NCBI GenBank assembly: GCA_964016885.1
Contig: OZ024743.1
Span: forward strand, 86,738,001-86,802,000
Reading direction: 5' to 3'
From: Eledone cirrhosa
Lineage: Eukaryota
Length of the DNA stretch: 64,000 nucleotides
The position numbers and the translations under genes are program-made. This document shows, piece by piece, positions 55,131 through 64,000 of this stretch (its first letter is position 1; each line of letters begins with the position of its first letter). A model generated the notes under the pieces. The model was given only the letters and a program-made list of their open reading frames with translations. It was not told the origin of the DNA and made no database searches.

Positions 55131-55289
55131 CAGTCCACACTGTAAGGTGGCCGTGTAGGCGACACGGGGAAAAGGCTCCCAGTCCACACTGTAAGGTGGT
55201 CGTGTAGGAGACACGGGGAAAAGGCTCCCAGTCCACACTGTAAGGTGGCCGTGTAGGAGACACGGGGAAAAGGCGCCCAGTCCACACTG
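55131..55289. repeat. 49-bp tandem repeat, ~3.2 copies
   Basis: CAGTCCACACTG occurs at 55131, 55180, 55229 and 55278. Confidence 0.9.
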
Positions 55290-55446
55290 AAAATGTGGTT
55301 GGTGTAAAAAGAACCTGCCAGAGACACTTCCGTACGAACGAGACACGGTCTCCCGACCATTCCCGCATCAAACAGAACAAAACCGTCTAAGCCATACTAG
55401 CATGGAAGATGGACGTTAAACGATGCTGATAATGATGACGATGCTG

Positions 55447-55534
<88 letters not shown>

Positions 55535-55679
55535 GTGGAGTAGAGGAGTGTCTCTCAACAGTAAGCCATATCCACACTCTGTCGAGTTTATGTGGCTTAA
55601 TGCAGGATTTCACTCCAGTAGGTAATACTGTAGCAACAGATTCTACTGCGTCAGCTTACCAAGTGATGACGTCGACGAG

Positions 55680-55738
55680 GATGATAATAGTGGTGATGGT
55701 GATGGTGATAATGACGACGGTGATGATGGTGGTGGTGG

Positions 55739-55769
<31 letters not shown>

Positions 55770-56123
55770 GGCGATGGTGATGATGTTGGTGATGATGATG
55801 ATGGTGATGATATTGATGATGATGGCGATGGTGATGATGTTGGTGATGATGATGATGGTGATGATATTGATGATGATGGTGATGGTGATGATGGTGATGT
55901 TGATGATGATGATGGTGATGTTGATGGTGATGATGTTGGTGATGATGGTGATGTTGATGATGGTGATGATGTTGATGATGATGGTGATGGTGATGATGAT
56001 GATGGTGATGTTAGTGATGATGATGTTGACGATGGTGAAGATAATGATGATGATAATTGTGGTGATTATGGTGATAATATTTTTGATGTTGGCGACGATA
56101 ATTCTGATGATGATGATGTTGAC

Positions 56124-56160
<37 letters not shown>

Positions 56161-56195
56161 ATAGTGATGAAAGCGATAATAACGATGACGATGTA
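55680..56195. repeat. (GAT/GGT/GTT)n trinucleotide tract
   Basis: Direct inspection. Confidence 0.9.
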
Positions 56196-56740
56196 ATTGT
56201 AATGACGTCTATATTTTTATGACCACACGATACGTTACGTTGCCACGAGATTAACCCTTCCGTTGTCATGGTAATCTGTGAAATTGTTTTTTATATTTTT
56301 ATATTTTTGTTTGTTTTTACTTTTATCTATTTTAATACCCAAAATATCTCCCAAAGTGCGACGTGAAATGTGAAAGTGACCGCAGTTGAGACTAGCGGTC
56401 ATCAGTGGTCACACATAGAAATAGATATGCTGGTCACGTGATGTATTGGATATCTCAATATAGATATTGTCGCCATTAGAATTTCAACCATGGCGGCCAT
56501 ATTGATAAAACAAAAGAAGTTAACATATTCAGTTTTCGTACTGTTGTTCTTAAAATAGAAAATATGTATGTATGTGTGTGTGTGTATAAGTATGTATGTA
56601 TGTGTGTATGTGTGTATGTATGTATGTGTGTATGTGTGTGTATAAGTATGTATGTATGTATGTATGTATGTATGTATGTATGTATGTATGTATGTATGAG
56701 TGTGTGTGTTTAAGTATGTATGTATGTATGTATGTATGTA

Positions 56741-56771
<31 letters not shown>

Positions 56772-56925
56772 ATGTGTGTGTGTATGTATGTATGTATGTA
56801 TGTGTGTGTCTGTGTGTATGTATGTATGTATGTATGTATGTGTGTGTGTATGTATGTGTGTGTGTGTACGCATGTATGTGTGTATGTATGTGTGTATGTA
56901 GACATACACACACATACACACACAC

Positions 56926-56966
<41 letters not shown>

Positions 56967-56969
<3 letters not shown>

Positions 56970-57120
56970 GTAAAATTCCGTTATAACGAATACCATTATA
57001 ACGATTTTTTCAGTAAAACTAAATGCTCGATTTGTTTCGGTCGATCTCATTATGAAGAATTTTTCGTTACAACGAATTTTTTTAATACCCTGTGGATTTC
57101 GTTATAACGGAATTTCACTG
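56967..57120. mobile_element. Tigger/pogo-like MITE (partial second copy at 59521-59670)
   Basis: TIRs CAGGTAAAATTCCGTTATAACGAA / TTCGTTATAACGGAATTTCACTG, with TA flanks. Confidence 0.7.
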
Positions 57121-57238
57121 TATATATATATATATATATAAGAGATGTCAACATGAATGGACCTGTTATTTTTATCTAAAGACATTTTTTCCAATTCCAT
57201 CCCGCCCGTCCCCTCAATCTATCTTATTTCTCATTCTT

Positions 57239-57274
57239 TCTTCTGATGAAGGACTTGCGTCCGAAACGTTAAAA
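57239..57274 (+). ncRNA. Minimal Penelope-type hammerhead motif
   Basis: UCUU-CUGAUGA-a-GGAC uugc GUCC-GAAA-CG-UU-AAAA, inside a ~220-bp arm at 57140-57359. Confidence 0.65.
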
Positions 57275-57360
57275 CCCTCTTCCTGCTATATCAAGCGTTA
57301 ACCTAATATATCCCGTCCATATACTGTACTGATTGTGTTGTTATTTCTGTTTACCTTTTC

Positions 57361-57398
<38 letters not shown>

Positions 57399-57830
57399 AA
57401 TATATATATACAAATATATATTTTCATTTTATAATAGAAATGAACTTCTACAGGACTAGAACTGTTTCATTCGTAAGAAATCATCTTTCCTGATATGTTT
57501 TTACGAATGAAATAATTCTAGCACCGTAGAAGATATACCTAGAATTTATTGAGTACCTTCAAAACTTTCATATGTTAGAATTTTGATATTTTCACTGTCC
57601 TAATGTTTTAAGTACCTTATTCACTGTGGTTACCCCCGATTTAACTCGGGTACTACACCACCCCACGCATATGTATATATAATAAGGGTTGACGGACCCA
57701 GCATATTTATCAATGCCAGGACCGGTTGTATCTCAGTGTACTCAATAGGTAATGTAGGATACATTCCCAGAGTATACACATAGTTATTCGCTTCAATACA
57801 ACACACGTAAAACGGGTGCCTATAATAGTT

Positions 57831-57941
57831 CCCGGACTCGAGTTTCGGCCACACTTAATGCAGCAGTAGGGTGCACTGCACCCTCTGTCTGCATATATTA
57901 TACAACAATGCATAATCGGGGTATGTGGCTTCATCAGCGGG
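57831..57941 (-). ncRNA. Type-I hammerhead motif with large structured stem-II insertion
   Basis: CCCG-CUGAUGA-aGCCACAU..[AGGGUGC agu GCACCCU hairpin]..GUGUGGCc-GAAA-CUCGAG-UC-CGGG. Stem III is palindromic. Confidence 0.8.
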
Positions 57942-58201
57942 TATCGCCTAATCAATAACCAATCGATCGACAGAATCCAAACCCCAGCCCATGGCGGCTA
58001 TGACTGTTTGTGACGGCCGACACAGTAAAGTGATTAGCAATTGGAATCCGATACAATTCTGTCCCTCGACCAGCCACCGATTTACAAACTTTACGTGGTG
58101 GCGGGAGAATGTATGTAAAAGGTAAACAGAAATAACAACACAATCAGTATAGTATATGGAAGGTATATATTAGGTTAATGCTTGATATAACAGGAAGAGG
58201 G

Positions 58202-58237
58202 TCTTAACGTTTCGGACACTAGTCCTTCATCAGAAGA
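58202..58237 (-). ncRNA. Minimal Penelope-type hammerhead motif, inverted partner of 57239-57274
   Basis: UCUU-CUGAUGA-a-GGAC uagu GUCC-GAAA-CG-UU-AAGA, in the arm at 58116-58336. Confidence 0.7.
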
Positions 58238-58464
58238 AAGAATGAGAAATAAAATAGATTGAGGGGACGGGCGAGATGGAATTGGAAAAAATGTCTTTAG
58301 ATAAAAATAACAGGTCCATTCATGTTGACATCTCTTGCAAAACTGTTGGTGCTGGCGTTTTGTGTATGATTTATTTTTTAGAAAAGTGGATGATGGAGCG
58401 CATCTACCTGAAATGGAAAAAATACCGTTTTGTAAAAAGAGCTATACTTGAGCACGTGCGTAAG

Positions 58465-58538
<74 letters not shown>

Positions 58539-59054
58539 TGTGTGTGTGTGTGCCTGCATTAGTGAGTGCATATATGTGTGTAGCTCATCAATGTTACTCG
58601 GGTTTAACACTATCTCTTTACAAAAGTTAGTAAATATACAATTTAAAGTATAATATTTCATTGAAGCATTTAAGCATCTATTTACTATCTAATCTAACTG
58701 AAATTTTAAATTTTATTTGCAAAAGATAAATAAATATGGGTAAGAAAGATAAAAGCAAAATTAAGTAATGAGAAAATGTGTAAGGAAGGGCTGATTGAAA
58801 ATCATTTGCAGAAATTGTTTATTTTCTCCCCAAAACACATCTATTTGGATATGCACTTCAATTAATGTACATGTTATGTTCATCGCATATCGATGTTTTC
58901 TGACCATTTTAGAGTGCAAAGAGTCAAACTAATCACTACAACTGAATTTTACCCCCCCCCCCCCCCACACACACACATTCAGAAATGCTTCCACTGTCCT
59001 TGTACCCTCCTTTTATTTGAGACCAAAAAATTAAACATTATTATAAACTGCAAA

Positions 59055-59880
59055 GGGCGGTGAATTGGCAGTATCGGTAGAGGGTCGGACGCCATGCTTT
59101 CCAGTATACGCCCCTTTATGGTCTGAGTTCAAATCCCGCCGAGGTTAACTTTGCCTTTCATCCTTACGGGGTCGATAAAATAAAGTACCAGTAATGCACT
59201 GGGGTAATTTCTGGCCTTGTGCCAAAAGTAGAAACAATTATTATGAACAGCAAAATTTGTTGATTCCGTAGCGGTTTCAATCCTTGTTTGGTGCAATTTA
59301 CCACCGAATATACCATTAATTATCCTAATAATTGTTTCTAATTTTGGTACAAGGCCAGCAATTATCCCAGTGCATTACTGGTACGTATTTTATTGACCCC
59401 GTAAGGATGAATGGCAAAGTTAACCTCGGTGGGAAGCGACAAGTCATTAAATAGCTTTAACCCTTTAATTACAGTATTTCTAATTAAAAACACTGTCATT
59501 TATAATAATCAAGAATAATACAGGTTAAATTCCGTTATAACGAATACCATTATAACGAATTTTTCAGTATAACGAATCTTTTTTCAATCCCCAGCCACTC
59601 GCTTGATGTGTTAGTTCGATCTCATTATAAAGAATTTTTCGTTACAACGAATTTTTTTTATACCTCGTGAATTATTAAGCTTGTGTTTAGCGTAGTGAAT
59701 TGTCTGTATCGGTAGAGCGTCGGACAAAATACTTTGCGGTATTTATTTATGAATTCAAATCCCGCCGAGGTGAACTTTGCCATCGATCCTTCCGGGGTCG
59801 GTAAAATCAAGTTCCAGTTAAGTACTGGGGTCGATATAATCGACTTTCCTCTTCCCCCAAATTACTGGCCTTGTGCCAAC
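59055..59880. mobile_element. SINE cluster (59055-59243 +, 59330-59432 -, 59689-59880 +)
   Basis: Same family as 4261-4452. Confidence 0.8.
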
Positions 59881-60096
59881 GTTAAAACAGATCAAGCTGG
59901 TGTTTGGAACATCATAACTTAATAAAGGTTCTTACATAAAATTATTATGAAAGGTTTTAGATAAATATAAACACTTTAAAATAAATGTATTGTCTAGCAG
60001 AACGAGGAGTGGTCTGGTATCAATATAATAAAAGAAATTGGTATCAATAAAAATATACCCCCCCCCCAAAAAAAAAATAATAACGATAGAAAAAAA

Positions 60097-60670
<574 letters not shown>

Positions 60671-61025
60671 AATAGAGGAAAACAAGAAAGATGGCGTCGA
60701 AGGAAATCGAAAGTTCGTGAAAAGATGAATCAATAAACACAAACAAGAAAGAAGACAAAACAATAACAACAATATTTTTGGCTGAAATCAACAGAAAAGT
60801 AAATAAATGCTGGGAATTGTTTTATTAAATCGAACAACAACAACAACAACAACACCACCCCTGCCACCCTGGGTATCGATGAAACTTGAACTTTTAACGC
60901 AGAGACTCGGCACAAATACCCGACATACTAACGACTCTACCAAATTGATCATCTACGTTTTATACACCCAATCAAAATATTAGATACAATAACTATTAGA
61001 TACAATAAATCGGACCCCGGACAGC

Positions 61026-63242
61026 TGGTGAGGAGTGACATTCAGTCAACCATGAAATGTCCACATGTCAGTGAGGTATGTAACCTATTACATTCACTAG
61101 TGAGGTGAGAAGTGACAGTCAGTCAACCATGAAGTGTCCACATGTCAGTGAGGCATGTAACCTATTACATTCACTAGTCAGGTGAGAAGTGACAGTCAGT
61201 CAACCATGAAGTGTCCACATGTCAGTGAGGCATGTAACCTATTACATTCACTAGTCAGGTGAGAAGTGACAGTCAGTCAACCATGAAGTGTCCACATGTC
61301 AGTGAGGCATGTAACCTATTACATTCACTAGTCAGGTGAGAAGTGACAGTCAGTCAACCATGAAGTGTCCACATGTCAGTGAGGTATGTAACCTATTACA
61401 TTCACTAGTCAGGTGAGAAGTGACAGTCAGTCAACCATGAAGTGTCCACATGTCAGTGAGGCATGTAACCTATTACATTCACTAGTCAGGTGAGAAGTGA
61501 CAGTCAGTCAACCATGAAGTGTCCACATGTCAGTGAGGCATGTAACTTATTACATTCACTAGTCAGGTGAGAAGTGACAGTCAGTCAACCATGAAGTGTC
61601 CACATGTCAGTGAGGCATGTAACCTATTACATTCACTAGTCAGGTGAGAAGTGACAGTCAGTCAACCATGAAATGTCCACATGTCAGTGAGGTATGTAAC
61701 CTATTACATTCACTAGTCAGGTGAGAAGTGACAGTCAGTCAACCATGAAGTGTCCACATGTCAGTGAGGCATGTAAACTATTACATTCACTAGTCAGGTG
61801 AGAAGTGACAGTCAGTCAACTATGAAGTGTCCACATGTCAGTGAGGTATGTAACCTATTACATTCACTAGTCAGGTGAGAAGTGACAGTCAGTCAACCAT
61901 GAAATGTCCACATGTCAGTGAGGCATGTAACCTATTACATTCACTAGTCAGGTGAGAAGTGACAGTCAGTCAACCATGAAGTGTCCACATGTCAGTGAGG
62001 CATGTAACCTATTACATTCACTAGTCAGGTGAGAAGTGACAGTCAGTCAACCATGAAATGTCCACATGTCAGTGAGGTATGTAACCTATTACATTCACTA
62101 GTCAGGTGAGAAGTGACAGTCAGTCAACCATGAAGTGTCCACATGTCAGTGAGGTATGTAACCTATTACATTCACTAGTCAGGTGAGAAGTGACAGGCAG
62201 TCAACCATGATGTGTCCACATGTCAGTGAGGTATGTAACCTATTACATTCACTAGTCAGGTGAGAAGTGACAGTCAGTCAACCATGAAATGTCCACATGT
62301 CAGTGAGGTATGTAACCTATTACATTCACTAGTCAGGTGAGAAGTGACAGTCAGTCAACCATGAAGTGTCCACATGTCAGTGAGGCATGTAACCTATTAC
62401 ATTCACTAGTCAGGTGAGAAGTGACAGTCAGTCAACCATGAAGTGTCCACATGTCAGTGAGGTATGTAACCTATTACATTCACTAGTCAGGTGAGAAGTG
62501 ACAGTCAGTCAACCATGAAATGTCCACATGTCAGTGAGGCATGTAACCTATTACATTCACTAGTCAGGTGAGAAGTGACAGTCAGTCAACCATGAAGTCT
62601 CCACATGTCAGTGAGGCATGTAACCTATTACATTCACTAGTCAGGTGAGAAGTGACAGTCAGTCAACCATGAAGTGTCCACATGTCAGTGAGGTATGTAA
62701 CCTATTACATTCACTAGTCAGGTGAGATGTGACAGTCAGTCAACCATGAAGTGTCCACATGTCAGTTAGGCATGTAACCTATTACATTCACTAGTCAGGT
62801 GAGAAGTGACAGTCAGTCAACCATGAAGTGTCCACATGTCAGTGAGGTATGTAACCTATTACATTCACTAGTCAGGTGAGAAGTGACAGTCAGTCAACCA
62901 TGAAGTGTCCACATGTCAGTGAGGCATGTAACCTATTACATTCACTAGTCAGGTGAGAAGTGACAGTCAGTCAACCATGAAGTGTCCACATGTCAGTGAG
63001 GCATGTAACCTATTCCATTCACTAGTCAGGTGAGAAGTGACAGTCAGTCAACCATGAAATGTCCACATGTCAGTGAGGCATGTAACCTATTACATTCACT
63101 AGTCAGGTGAGAAGTGACAGTCAGTCAACCATGAAATGTCCACATGTCAGTGAGGCATGTAACCTATTACATTCACTAGTCAGGTGAGATGTGACAGTCA
63201 GTCAACCATGAAGTGTCCACATGTCAGTTAGGCATGTAACCT
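61026..63242. repeat. 77-bp tandem satellite, ~29 highly similar copies
   Basis: Unit AGTGACAGTCAGTCAACCATGAAGTGTCCACATGTCAGTGAGGCATGTAACCTATTACATTCACTAGTCAGGTGAGA, e.g. starting at 61111 and 61188. Confidence 0.95.
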
Positions 63243-64000
63243 CACTGGGAAGATAAAGAATCCAATGAGACAAGAGAAGCAAGTTAGATAGGTCGCCATT
63301 GTGACCTCAGGTGCTCTCGTGTCCCGTACTGCCGAGCTCCTCTGTAAAATAGGAACGTAAGCAGCCCTGCAGGGTGGAGTGGTTGTTGCAGTGGGTACAC
63401 TGGCCATTGTCCGTGGAAATGCTTTTGTTATTTTGTCCACGAGGCGCAACCGAAACCTCGCTCTGACCTAGATGTAGCTGTCATCCTCTCTCCTTCCTCC
63501 TTTCTTCCTTCCCTTGTCTAACAGTCCTTCACCTTCCCATTCATTTTCCTCTCATGGCATTTATAGTCCTTTCCAAGGCTACTCTCTTTTTTTGTATGTT
63601 TAACTATATTCTCCAGAATAATCATGCGTCGTACATAATGGTATGTCTTATATCTAGAAAAATACGGCATATATTTTATATACGAAGAAACATCCCTCCA
63701 AACCCCTAACCCCTACAAAAAACAAAATAAAAAAAAACAAATCGAAACAAATACAAGCAAAAAACAAATTCACAAATTTGCGAAACTTGTGCCAAAATTA
63801 GAAATCATTATCTTCTTTGCTAAGAAATTGATATAAAATCGATTGTCCCCCACCCCTCGTGATATCTAAACGAATGAAATGGAACTTGTTAAACAAATTT
63901 ATCTAAATATACCATCACTTCATTTCCTTTTTGTCTTGACCCTGCAGTGTCGTCTGGGTTCTATAAGGTGGAACAGTATACCACCCCCACCGCTGCCTCA

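Noticed and set aside
61026-63242. CRISPR array, C2H2 zinc-finger array or ribozyme satellite
   Set aside because: There are no unique spacers and the context is eukaryotic. 77 bp is not a codon multiple. The best minus-strand hammerhead fit (CUGACUA..UGACA) breaks several invariant core positions.
63228-63480. Possible exon next to the satellite
   Set aside because: No recognisable motif or convincing pair of splice sites.

Overview
This is repeat-rich, AT-rich animal genomic DNA. The SINE/LINE repertoire and extreme microsatellite density suggest an octopus (coleoid cephalopod), which is an inference. Almost all ORFs in the supplied track are microsatellite artefacts. Two host genes are supported. 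The first is a 4-exon plus-strand gene (22209-40984) that I assembled by hand from splice signals. It encodes a ~793-aa secreted protein with a long Pro/Arg-rich repeat region and a C-terminal 10-Cys stanniocalcin-like domain. The second is a small secreted Gly/Trp-rich protein on the minus strand (10224-10580). The remainder is decayed retroelements (RLE-type R4/Dong-like, CR1, Tx1/L1, several RTE), many tRNA-derived SINE copies, a few MITEs and a 77-bp tandem array. The most striking unexplained layer is about 24 type-I hammerhead ribozyme motifs found by eye, from several unrelated sequence families, plus broken ones. They sit in short non-coding cassettes that are mostly embedded in (TA)n tracts and arranged as fold-back inverted pairs or as longer-than-unit tandem/permuted repeats, like Penelope pseudo-LTRs or retrozymes. 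No Penelope RT or GIY-YIG ORF is visible in the window. Coordinates were counted manually, so repeat boundaries are approximate.
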